Assembly (NCBI RefSeq): GCF_001194135.2
Contig: NC_068981.1
Span: 179,489,338-179,553,337, forward strand
Direction: 5' to 3'
Origin: Octopus bimaculoides
Taxonomy: Eukaryota
Length of the DNA: 64,000 bases
Below are positions 12,261-23,880 of the stretch, in pieces; within the stretch, counting starts at the first letter, position 1, and each line of letters starts with the position of its first letter. The position numbers and the translations under genes are program-made. The notes beneath the pieces were generated by a model that worked only from the letters and a program-made list of their open reading frames with translations, had not been told where the DNA came from and ran no database searches.

Positions 12261-12798
12261 CACACACACATATATTTATATATATATATTATAATAGAAA
12301 GCCTCCAATTTCCAGAACTCAGAGTTACTCGTTTCCGATCATCGACTGGTTAACCAAGCCGGGTTTTCATTGAAATATACGTCCTAACTGAATATTGGGA
12401 AATATGAAATGTAAGTTTGAAGGAGACGCTTATCTTTATGTCCTTGTATTTGAAAACCTATGTGAGCGACAAACGCGGAAACAGCTACGTCATATTCACT
12501 CTTTTGGTTTTCTTTTCTGGTTCTCATTGGAATATTGCTATAAACGTCACGAAGTCCATCACAAATAGTGCGAACTTTGTATCTAAGAAAATTTGGGGAT
12601 TTTGACTTAAGGTAGCAATGATTTGAACAAAAGAACTGATGAATGACCGCTTTGTATGCACGCGGCTAAGTATCTTTGAATTTCGTTCTGGTTCAGAGGA
12701 AAAAAAATATGGGTTCGAAAGGTTTTATTGGTATATGTTTTAATATGTGAGGGTGCGTGTCTATGTATGTATATGTTTATATATGCTTATGCTTGTAT

Positions 12799-13255
12799 GT
12801 GTGGAGGCGCAATGGCCCAGTGGTTAGGGCAACGGACTCGCGATCATAGGATTGCGGTTTCGATTCCCAGACAGGACGGTGTGAGTGTTTCTTGAGGGAA
12901 AACACCTAAAAGCTCCACGAGGCTCCGGCAGGGGATGGTGGAGAACCCTGCTGTACTCTTTCACCACAACTTTCTCTCACTCTTACTTCCTGTTTCTGTT
13001 GTGCCTGTAATTTAAAGGGTCAGCCTTGTCACTCTGTGTCACGCTGAATATCCCCGAGAACTACGCGAAGGGTANNNNNNNNNNTTAAAGGGTCAGCCTT
13101 GTCACTCTGTGTCACGCTGAATATCCCCGAGAACTACGCGAAGGGTACACGTGTCTGTGGAGTGCTCAGCCACTTGCACGTTAATTTCACGAGCAGGCTG
13201 TTCCGTTGATCGGATCAACTGGAACCCTCGACGTCGTAAGCGACGGAGTGCCAAC
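12799..13255 (+). mobile_element. tRNA-derived SINE family C, full length, with 10-bp TSD
   Basis: A box tggcccagtggtt at 12813-12825 and B box ggtttcgattccc at 12856-12868. TSD atgcttgtat at 12789-12798 and 13256-13265. A small gap with duplicated flanks lies at about 13075. Confidence 0.9.
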
Positions 13256-13627
13256 ATGCTTGTATATGTACATGAATATATAATTCTGTGTGTATATGTG
13301 AGCGTGTGTGTGTATGCGTCTGAACAGGAGCATGCAAAAATGAACATCTAAATACTGACAAATTGTTTTAGTTTTTAAAAAGCATCACTTAAAGTATTAT
13401 TTGAAACTATTTAAAATATTATTTTCAAACATTACTTGAAGCGCAATGCAGTTTAATGATATCGCTAAATTCCCACTTTCATCAGTTTTATGCTGTGCGA
13501 TACGTGTTCAAATCCCAGTCGACTCTTTAGATTGATTTTATATATAAAAAGATACTGAACTCCCTCAGTTCTTGGTAGTAAATTTATCTAAAAATTCAAC
13601 ATTACTGGCGAGTAGGATATAGTAAGC

Positions 13628-13721
<94 letters not shown>

Positions 13722-14492
13722 TAGAGAAACACAGAGAGATAAAGCGAGATATATGTCTATAAAGAGAGAGAGAGAAAGACTTGGTCATCTGGGATTGTTT
13801 TCCCTGCAATACTATCAAGTCTAAACTGACGCTTTTTAACATCATTAATGCTATAGAAAAAAAATGAATGCCACGGTTTTTAATCCATAAGAAAGAAACA
13901 TCCATGGTTGTTGTCCTTAGTTGAAGTAAAGGTGTGGATCTAGCGACGTGAGACTGATTTTCTGTTGAATTCATATCGCATATCCTACGCCAGTAATCAT
14001 TACTAATCTTGAAATAGGCAGTAAATTCCAAGTCTTATTTTTTGTCTTCGTGGTTGCGTGGCATTAGTTCACAGAAATAAACAAATGCTATTGATAAGAT
14101 CTATAGAGAAATAATTAAAATGCTAGACAAGCTGTTGCGATTTCATTTTGTATCCGAAACCATTTGAATTCACTGTTGCTATTAGTTCGCTTGCATCATG
14201 CTTAAGTGCTAGAAACTACCGTTACATTTTCGTCCAAAAAAACAAAACCAAATTAATATTAATTAGAAATGAAATTGCTAGCATAATTATATAAAACAGT
14301 AATTTCTCTACAATTTGAGTGCAACATTCCCTCATACAGTGTTACAAGGTGCTTCAAATCTGAAACCATTTTCTGATCATCAATGATTCTTGTTAATCAC
14401 GCGAGAAAAATGATTTAATTACATTTAGTTATCAAGGTAGATTAATCAGTACAAAGATTTATCTCTTATAGGTTCTCTACGTCAAGTAAAAT

Positions 14493-14709
14493 ATTCTATT
14501 CTACTCTAGGCAAAAGGCCCGAAATTTGGGGGGAGGGGACCACTCGATTAGATCGACCTCAGTATGCAACTGGTACTTAATATATCGACCGCGAAAGGAT
14601 AAAAGGCAAAGTTGACCTCGACGGAATTTGAACTCAGAACGTAAAGACAGACGAAATGCCGCTAAGCATTTCGCCCGCCGTTCTAAAGTTTCTGGCAGTT
14701 CGCCGTCTT
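14493..14709 (-). mobile_element. SINE family A
   Basis: Reverse complement of the copy at 14941-15212 over most of its length. Confidence 0.9.
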
Positions 14710-14903
14710 ACATCAAGTAAAATATCGTTTGGGTTTTAATTGTGTGATAACATGTTTTCATCAACATCTCAACAATTTCACTTGTCTTAAAAAGGAGAAG
14801 CAATACGAAAGTTGACATCATAGTTATAAAATCTACGGGTCGCACAAAGCCTTTGAGTAGATTTGGCAGACGGAAACTGAGAGAAGCCGATACTCTGCAT
14901 GTA

Positions 14904-15352
14904 GGCGCAGGAGTAGCTGTGTGATAAGAAGCTTGCTGGTAAGGCGGCGAGCTGGCAGAAACGTTAGCACGCCGGGCGAAATGCTTAGCGGTATTTCGTC
15001 TGCCGCTATGTTCTGAGTTCAAATTCCGCCGAGGTCGACTTTGCCTTTCATCCTTTCGGGGTCGATTAAATAAGTACCAGTTACGCACTGGGGTCGATAT
15101 AATCGACTTAATCCGTTTGTCTGTCCTTGTTTGTCCCCTCTGTGTGTAGCCCCTTGTGGGCAGCCCCTTGTGGGCAGCCCCTTGTGGGCAGCCCCTTGTG
15201 GGCAGTAAAAAAATAAGAAGCTTCCTTCCCAACCACATAGCTTCGGGTTCCGTTCCACTGCGTGGCACCTTGTGCAGCTGTCTCCTGCTATACCTCAGGA
15301 CCGACCAAATCCTTGTGAGTAGATTTGGTAGACGGAAACTGAAAGAAGTCTG

Positions 15353-15390
<38 letters not shown>

Positions 15391-15601
15391 GCATTTGTGT
15401 GTCTCTGTTTGTCCCCCACCATCGCTTGACAAACAATGTTGGTGTGTTTACGTCCCCGTAACTTAGCAGTTTGGTGAAACGGACCGATAGAATAAGTACT
15501 AGGCTTACAAAGGATAAGTGCTGGTGTCGATTTGTTTGATTAAAGGCGGTGCTCCAGCATGGCAGCAGTCAAATGACTGAAACAAGTAAAAGAATAAAAG
15601 A
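14904..15601 (+). mobile_element. SINE family B interrupted in its tRNA head by a family A insertion
   Basis: The head ggcgcaggagtagctgtgtgataagaagcttgct resumes at 15213 after the insert; body and tail run to 15601. Confidence 0.9.
14938..15212 (+). mobile_element. SINE family A, young copy with 14-bp TSD
   Basis: A-box-like tggcagaaacg and B box gagttcaaattcc. TSD ataagaagcttgct (14924-14937) and ataagaagcttcct (15213-15226). The tail has four tandem copies of GCCCCTTGTGGGCA. Confidence 0.93.
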
Positions 15602-15612
15602 GTATATATAAA

Positions 15613-15766
15613 TATGTGTGTGTGTGTGTGTGTCGGTGTTTGTCCCGCACCACCGCTTGACCATTGGTGTTGACGTATTTACGTCCCCGTAAACTAGTGG
15701 TTCGGCAAAAAAGACTGCCCCAGCATGGCCACATTCTAGTGACTGAAACAAGTGAAAGACAAAAGA
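15613..15766 (+). mobile_element. SINE family B 3' half, internally deleted, in tandem with the preceding copy
   Basis: tttgtccc..accgcttgac..tttacgtccccgtaa..ggttcggcaaaa, then ccagcatggcc..gactgaaacaag. Confidence 0.8.
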
Positions 15767-16443
15767 TCGGTAATTTAATGAAACATATTTTATAGAAAGA
15801 GGTGAGAAAAACATGGGTCATCGCTCATATTTAATTTCTTTGATATTGTTATATTTTCATATCAGTCAGAATCAGACAAGAAATTCTATGTTGTTTAGTT
15901 ACAGAATAAACTCTAATGAACGAGACCTATAACCAAAGTCGTTTTAGGGATATTCATTTGTTTGTCTTCATTTTCAATCAAAAGCCATGATCTAATTTAT
16001 ATTCTTGTCGAAGTGAAATTTGAAAGAGCAATAGTCCTAATAATTCGAACGTCGATAGAGATCAGATAATGTTTTATAAATAAGTAAAAGAAAATAGCAT
16101 TCGATTTTGCTAAATCACGTTCAGAAGCGAAATAGTAACGAAATTTTACAGAGAACACACTTTCTAATGCTTAACTATGTATTATAGCACTAAATCTTTC
16201 AGTGTTAACTGATATATATGTTATTAATAATTCAGAACGTGTTTGGATTAACTTGATTTAGATATAATGATAGAGAAAAATAATATGATGTAAGGAGAGT
16301 CATTTTTGCAATATAATTTATGTAAATTAACTTTTTCCCGAAAGGTTTCTCAAATACATTTAAGAAGTTTTGAAGAAAATATTTCATGAAATTCATATGA
16401 TAACGCATAACTTTTCTCTGATTACTGTCTCAAAGTTTGGATT

Positions 16444-16479
<36 letters not shown>

Positions 16480-16554
16480 CACCACTTTGCTATTAAATAA
16501 TGGTTTCCCATTTTGGTACAAGGTGAACTTTTTTAACGGGAGAAGGTTACTAAT

Positions 16555-16692
16555 TTCCATCGACACCAGTGCTTAATTGTAAATTATTTTATCAACTGCG
16601 AAAAGGTCGAATTCAGAATGTAAAAAAAGCCGGGAGAAATCGCGCTACGAAATTTGTCAAACTCACTGACTGTTCTGCCTGTTCACCGCCTT
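16555..16692 (-). mobile_element. SINE family A, degenerate
   Basis: cgaattcagaatgtaaa...gactgttctgcc..ttcaccgcctt. Confidence 0.65.
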
Positions 16693-17610
16693 TTTTTTTA
16701 AAAAGCAAAACACAAGATGCATGAGACTGTTTGATAATAATTTATCTCATCTATCTATCTATCTATCTATATATATATATATATATTGTGTATGTAGATA
16801 GATATAAATTGATCGGTTAAATAGTCAACTCGTTCTGTGGATCATGTCAGTTGTGGCTAATTGTTTTTATCTGTTTTCGGTTTTGAATATCAAAATTAAT
16901 GCAAATAGATAGTTACTTGATATAAGTAAAACATTTCGGAAAAATTTCGCTCACATGTTGAGCTAAAGTTACAATAATTACAATTATCGATATTTCATGT
17001 TTAGTGCAGATTTTCTTCAAAAAATGTAATTATATGAAATGTTTTGAAACTATTCAAACAATTTCAGGGAGTTATGGACTATCAAAGTTCTGGTGTATTT
17101 TCCTCTATTAGAGATGTACAGAAAAATCTTCTGTAAATAAATCTTTACTGCACATATATTTTGTAAACGATACCTTTGAATCAAGCGGATAACAAACGAT
17201 GTTTTGTTGCTTTCATTATCGACTAAATTAGCCTGCAATTGACCCAATTAATATTTTCTTAATCCACTTGAACTAAGTTGCTTTCATTGAGTAATTTAAA
17301 GTCTGTAAAAGTCATTGTCGGAACTTATGTATCTGATTACACTTGAGCAATTAAAAAAACATCTAAAACGATAGAAAAACATCACAGGCGATACATCAAA
17401 CGAGTGTCCTGCTGATAAATATCAATAACAAAAAATTGCTTAGACTAAGTGGAACGAACTATGCAAAATTATGTATTTGTAAAACGCACTAAAAATTAAA
17501 AAAGAAAACATTTTATTTTTGTTTTATTTACATGACTATTATACTTTATTGTTGACACAATACGGAATTCTAATTCTTCGCTTGCAGTATTAATTCAGTT
17601 GATTATATTT

Positions 17611-18020
17611 CTTTCATTCTTTCTTTTACTTGTTTCACTAATTTGATTGCGACGACTATGCTGGTGCACCGCCTTGAGGGGTTTTAATCGAACAAATCAA
17701 CCCCAGGACTTATTTTTTAAAGCCTAGTACTTATTCTATCGGTCGCTTTTAGCCAACAGCTAGGTTACAGTGATATTAACACCAACACCGGTTGTTAGGC
17801 AGTGATGGAGAAGGGGACAAACACAGACACAAGGACAAACACATAGATATATACCAATGTATATATGAGACGAGCCTCTTTCAGTTTCTGTCTACCAAAT
17901 CCACTCACAAGACTTTGGTCGCCCCGAGGCTATAGTAGAAGACAATTGCCGAAAAAGCCATGCAGTGGAACTGGACCCGGAACCATGTGGTTGGTAAGCA
18001 AGCATCTAACCATACGACCA
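17611..18020 (-). mobile_element. SINE family B, full length
   Basis: Colinear with 11776-12173. Confidence 0.9.
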
Positions 18021-18024
18021 ATAT

Positions 18025-18239
18025 TTGAGGCGAAGTTAAACAGGGTCAGTATTTTGTTTGTAGGGGAGAGGTTTAGTCGATTACGTAGACCCCAGTATTT
18101 GACTGACACTTAGTTTATCGACCACAAAAGGATGAAAGGCAAAGTTGCCCTTGGCAGAATTTGGACTCAGAACGTAAAGATGGATAAAATGCCGGTACGC
18201 ATTTTATCTGGCGTGGCAAACAATCCTGTCAGGTTGCCG

Positions 18240-18243
<4 letters not shown>
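18025..18243 (-). mobile_element. SINE family A
   Basis: tttatcgacc..aaaggatgaaaggcaaagtt..cagaacgtaaag; the 5' end abuts a long (TAA)n. Confidence 0.85.
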
Positions 18244-18318
<75 letters not shown>

Positions 18319-18367
18319 CAATAACAACAACAACAATAATAATGATAATAGTAATAATAATAATAAA

Positions 18368-18921
18368 TACCCAGATGCAGTACCAGGCAATGTCTCTCAT
18401 GTCTCCTGATCTTAACTGATTAGAAGTTTTATCATGTACATTGTTTGTCTTGGTATAAAAGATGGGCTACTGCAAATATTTTGCTGAATGCCACAGATTT
18501 GTTTGTCAGTTGCTTGACCATAACCTGTTGAGCATGTCACTTAGTGGCTGACGATATGTGCATCTCTGATCATGAGCAGAAGTAGTGGGGGAGCATCATA
18601 GCCATGTGTTGAGAGGAATTCTTTGAGATTTGAATAATTCACCTTTGGAAACATGGGTGTTTTGCTCAACATCCTTAAACAAACCTTATTCAGGGACCTT
18701 TTGAGCGGGATGGGCTACTCGATCAGAAGAAAATTCTAACTGCCCCCCCCCCCACCTGCAAGGTCGTGCGGTGTTTATCTTGAATTGAGATCATTATGGA
18801 CATATGGTTGTGATGCATGTGCCTGGTGTACTCTTCTCAGACGAGTAGTCATGATGGGCATACTGAACTTCGTATATTTTACCTCAGTGTCACTTTGAAG
18901 GCATGCACTGCTCTCTCACTC
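18368..18921. mobile_element. ~550-bp non-coding interspersed element embedded in (TAA)n
   Basis: Higher-GC block with sharp edges against (TAA)n on the left and aataatgttaataat on the right; no ORF. I recall it as a common octopus repeat but could not verify this. Confidence 0.6.
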
Positions 18922-18944
18922 AATAATGTTAATAATAAACATTT

Positions 18945-19169
18945 GTACTATAGGCGCAATGCCAGAAATTTTAGGGAAGGAGCCTAGTTGAATACACCTA
19001 CCCAAGTACGCAACAGAAGTTTATTTTATCGACTCCGAAAGAATGAACGGCAAAGTCAACCTTGGTGCCATTTGAAATCTGAACCCAAAGTTCCAGAGGA
19101 AATGCTGCTCAGCATTTCCTGTGTTGCGTTAACAATTCTGTCAGTTCAGAATTTACTATGTAGGTCACC
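18945..19169 (-). mobile_element. SINE family A, degenerate
   Basis: ttttatcgactccgaaagaatgaacggcaaagtcaacc...gaaatgctgctcagcattt. Confidence 0.75.
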
Positions 19170-19239
19170 TTAATATAAAAATTACAGAAAACAAGCAGTA
19201 AAAATATAGAATAGATGTAGCGGTATTATTGATTCTCAC

Positions 19240-19379
19240 CTTACTGGAATCTGGTTCCACATGATGTGTCCTGCTGCGGTGTTGATGCTTGACATAGCTC
19301 GGTCCTCCACACATATGTGGGTGATATCTGGAAATGACGTAACCGTTGGTCGAACCCGGATGAGCTAACATTTCCATAC
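19240..19379 (-). CDS. Candidate coding exon of an unidentified host gene
   Basis: Unique, higher-GC 140-nt block. Acceptor ctctgcttcgttgctatcacag| and donor AAG|gtgaga. Open frame (G)MEMLAHPGSTNGYVISRYHPHMCGGPSYVKHQHRSRTHHVEPDSSK. No family recognised. Confidence 0.4.
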
Positions 19380-22046
19380 CTGTGATAGCAACGAAGCAGA
19401 GCGTCAAAGAATGTCTAGACACCATATGAAAGTTTCATTATGTTCTTTATAAAATATCTAGTTTGAATCATTAGTAATAGAAAATTTGTGTTGCAGATTA
19501 TTTACTTTTTATCCTAACAGATGAAGTTATAATTAAAATAAAACCATTTCTGTGTCACTTTTCTAGCAATCACGTAATTTAGAGAATCTTACCATTACCG
19601 TCTATTCATGGAATTTCAATGAATTCTTCCTGTTTTATTGGAGTGTGTTCATATTTAGCTGACAAGCTTTTGTATAGAAATTTCTAGTTAATATTTTGTT
19701 TTACTTGAAATGAAAAATTTGAAAGTAAGTAACCGTCTAACAACATAGACTAAAACACTATTTGAAAATTAGAAGCATATAATTTAAGAATCAGAAATGT
19801 ATCATCAAAAATAAATTAGAGAGGATGACAACTCGATAGAATGTGTAATGTTTTACGTTTCTTGCCCTTTGTGTAATCATTAATTTATAACAGGCTTAAT
19901 TTAAATTGAAACAATTATATTTTTTTACAAGACTATCATTAACGTGACGATATTAATATGATAAAGTAATAGAAGTTCTATTGATATTAAACTGCAGTCC
20001 TAAATACATAACTTAGAACTAGTTCAACACTGTATTGATTACGTAGGCTATTAATTCTAAGCTTAGACAGGTGCAGCAGGGTTTGTTGGAGATGTACAAC
20101 AAATTTTGTGCATTATCATCTGTAACGCCAGTTGTCTCAGCGTCACATCATCATCATAGTAACTTTCATTGTTACTCATAGAAGAGTTTTCTCACCAAAC
20201 GCAATAATTATAAGTAAATGTATTTAGGGAATGTTGGCATACAAGAAGGTTATTCCATATAATCAGAGAAAATAGTTTAATTGTGGAAGTTATTTTCTTG
20301 CTAAATCTTCGAAGCCCCCCCCCTTTCACCCGAAGGTCTCTGGGAAACACATAACAACAGAAATGAGGAGTAGAACCTATGGCGTCATGAAGACGTCAGT
20401 TCCTGCTATATGCCAACACCCAAACTGCCAAATTAATGACATTAATGTTAAGACTATGATGTCTAACAACTCCTAATCTCCGAAGAGATAATTGGGGTGG
20501 AAACAACCGGTTTCTGATTTTTCCCATCGACACACAGGCACGCACACACACTCATGTGCACACACACACATGTGCACACACACACACACATGTGCACACA
20601 CACACACATACACACACCACGCGCACACACAAAAGAACACAATGCAACATACACACAATACAACATACACACAAACACAAACAGAAACAGAAAGACACAT
20701 GTGCACGTAGAAGAAAATGTGTTTCAGTTTACACTGATGTGCAAATACTTGCAAACATATATGTTTATCCTTATCCATATACACGAACAGACATGTAAAT
20801 TTTCTTTGTTTCACGTACATATCAGTAACTATTCATATATGTTTGTGTGCATCTGCGTATGTGTGTGCCTCTGTTTGTGTGAGCGTCTAAAGAACCATTG
20901 GCATAATTAGACAAGCGTGTATTTATGCATTTTTATATTACGTTGTGCACATAATGTAGTGATATTTCAAAGTAAGATGAAAGTCTAAGCTCTCTTCCTT
21001 TCATTCCGTATGCTTCTTCACTGCCAGAGTATCAAGTAATTGGAAATTGTACGTTAATTACTTCATTAGATACCGGAAAGAAATGTTAACACATTATTGC
21101 ATTCAGTAATATAATAGACGGCAAACATAACGCTCACACACTATTTCCCTGAGTAAAACCTCTTTGATATCCTAAAACATTTATCTTCGTAATACCTCTT
21201 TCAATCAAATGTTAGAGTTGCAGGTCAACAACAATCTTATGTAATAGCGTCTCTAGTTTGACTTTCTGGAAAACTGTTGTACTTTGTTATGTTTTGTCAT
21301 TCTCATCCATTGACATAAATTTTCTCTTCCTTCAAAATAATATATTCCCATCCTTTATATGTATTTCTTTTTCTCTTACGAGTTCTCTCGTGTCATATCT
21401 TGTTCTAGCATTTAGCAACTCAATTAAGAGAAACACAGACCTTATTGTGGTTGAACTTAATCCTCATCTTTTACTGTTTTTTCCTTTCCTCTCTTTTCCA
21501 CTCCCTCTCTGTGTCAGCCTCTCTCATCGTTTCTGAGCACATATCCATTTGCTTTGGTTATTTCTCATTATAATCTCTTTATTTATCGTAATACTTTTCA
21601 TACTTTTGTGTAGTTTAATTGCGAGTGTGAGGTAAACATCGAGGTACTGTGTGTGTTCTGGTTACCTCTCGTGTTCCCTTTCTACTACGCTTCCGTTGCA
21701 TACCTCTGTCTTCCTTATTCTCTTCTCACTTCCTCAATTTTCCTATCTTTCGATCTATCATCTTCTTTCAACGCCTCTGCAAACACACTCACACAAAAAC
21801 ACGTGCGTAAATTTTCGTTTCTCATAGGCGCTAATGTTACCCCATATCTCACTCTTCCATTCTCCTACATGTCATCTCGTTTAATGTCACCTTGTGCCCT
21901 TTTTTGCTTTACTATCTAACAAAGTTATTAGTGTATACTTAACAAGGCACGAATAATCATGTAGGCGCGGATATTTTCATACGTCCATGTATTAATATAC
22001 ATAGCCACTTTCTGTATGCTGCATATTCGAAGTGATGCACACACAT

Positions 22047-22097
<51 letters not shown>

Positions 22098-22732
22098 ACA
22101 CATACACACACGCACAAACGCACACATATAGCGATGCATGACCAATATTGGCCATTTATTACTTGCAAATTCACGTCGTACTTTCACGCAGTCATACACA
22201 CACAAAAACTAACACAAGTTTTCAAGCACATTAACACACATATACACAGACAGACTGTTTCCTCGAACGTACATGAACGTGAGTAGATGTCTAAGTAGAC
22301 ATAATTTTGTCTACATACATATATATAGGTAGATATACTATAAATATACATACATATATGTGTGTACATACGCGCACACATACATATGTATGTATGCATA
22401 AATATATACACACACATACACTCGTATATATNNNNNNNNNNNNNNNNNNNNNNNNNNNNNNNNNNNNNNNNNNNNNNNNNNNNNNNNNNNNNNNNNNNNN
22501 NNNNNNNNNNNNNNNNNNNNNNNNNNNNNNNNNNNNNNNNNNNNNNNNNNNNNNNNNNNNNNNNNNNNNNNNNNNNNNNNNNNNNNNNNNNNNNNNNNNN
22601 NNNNNNNNNNNNNNNNNNNNNNNNNNNNNNNNNNNNNNNNNNNNNNNNNNNNNNNNNNNNNNNNNNNNNNNNNNNNNNNNNNNNNNNNNNNNNNNNNNNN
22701 NNNNNNNNNNNNNNNNNNNNNNNNNNNATATA

Positions 22733-22775
<43 letters not shown>

Positions 22776-23308
22776 CATACATATACATACATATACATAC
22801 ATATACACATATATATATCCTCATTTGTGCAAGTGCATTGGAGCAATTACGGTTGTATTAAACAGTAATTATGATATCCTTAAGATATATTACTTAGCTT
22901 TTCCGCTTTTCCCTAATTAATAATGACCTCTACTAAAGAATACTCAGAAAATGTGACATTGCGCGCATTTCAAAAATTCCCTAAACCTAATAAGTAGACG
23001 AAAATTAACACAACATTACCTCATTTCTTCAGAAAATAGCGAAAAAAGTCAAAGTTAAAATTATAATATTATTCCTGAGGATAATCGAATAATGTGGTTT
23101 TGGATGCGTTTTCATTATTAAATACTTCGTAACATTCTGATAATTTTAACACTTTCCATAATATCATGTACATTTCTGATCAAAACTGTTTCAGTTCATA
23201 TCATATACCAATGCTACAATGCAGATCAATCAATCTTTTACGATTTTCAAATGTACCATATATTTCCTGTAATACTAAATATTTAGCTATATACGTTTTT
23301 CTATCATT

Positions 23309-23425
23309 AACGTAAAGGACTTTCTCACTTCCCGAGCGTTACACTAATACATCTGTTTGTTGCGTACACACCCGTCTTCGTCTTTTGTTTTTTTGCTTTT
23401 TTTTTGTTTTGTAAATTCTCATTTT
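23309..23425 (+). mobile_element. 3' fragment of the HHR family 2 element
   Basis: aacgtaaaggactttctcacttcccgagcgttacactaatacatc...cgtcttcgtcttttgttttt..gtaaattct aligns with 45566-45672. Confidence 0.7.
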
Positions 23426-23469
23426 ATATACACACAAACACACTTATCGATAGATTATTGAGTTATTTG

Positions 23470-23880
23470 TAATATCTTTGCTTCCAAAGATGCTTGAATG
23501 ATCATCTGGTGCCAGATGGAACAAATTTGAACGTAAAGGAGAAATAATCTCAGCAAATTTGACTTTTCAAAAGTAGTATGCTATGAAAGGAGACTGGAGT
23601 TAGATAGTCTAGAGACAAGAGGAGTGCTGTGGATTAGTGTTTTTACCTAATAGATGACATCAGTAGTTTTCTTAGCTTTTTTGTAGTCCAAGTGCATTCA
23701 GATATATAAAAAATAGAACAGAAAACATCTATAGTCAATGTAATTTGAATAACTGAAGCAAAACTGTCAACCGAAACAATTGAGATGCCACTTGTTGCAG
23801 GACAATGAGAGTGCTTTTTCGCAAATGGCAATCTAAATTTGAAAAGTTCTTGAAACCTGAGATTATCTCCCTTTCTTGTT
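23470..23880 (+). pseudogene. Highly degenerate CR1/L2-group LINE RT C-terminal remnant
   Basis: Frameshifted pieces YERRLELDSLETR..CGLVFL and FFAN..KPEIIS resemble the Y..RL..L.L.SLE.RR and FF.NR...WN.LP motifs. Confidence 0.35.

Noticed and set aside
12310-12380. Minus-strand hairpin cggcttgg-ttaa-ccagtcg followed by GAAACGAGTA
   Set aside because: It is hammerhead-like on the 3' side, but has no CUGANGA and no stem I pairing. It may be a very decayed PLE end, but this cannot be supported.
13014-13146. Exact ~60-bp direct repeat within SINE C
   Set aside because: The two copies flank a 10-N gap, a typical contig-overlap assembly artefact.
20375-20405. Two CRE-like TGACG half sites near a possible promoter
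   Set aside because: These are short motifs with no independent TSS evidence.
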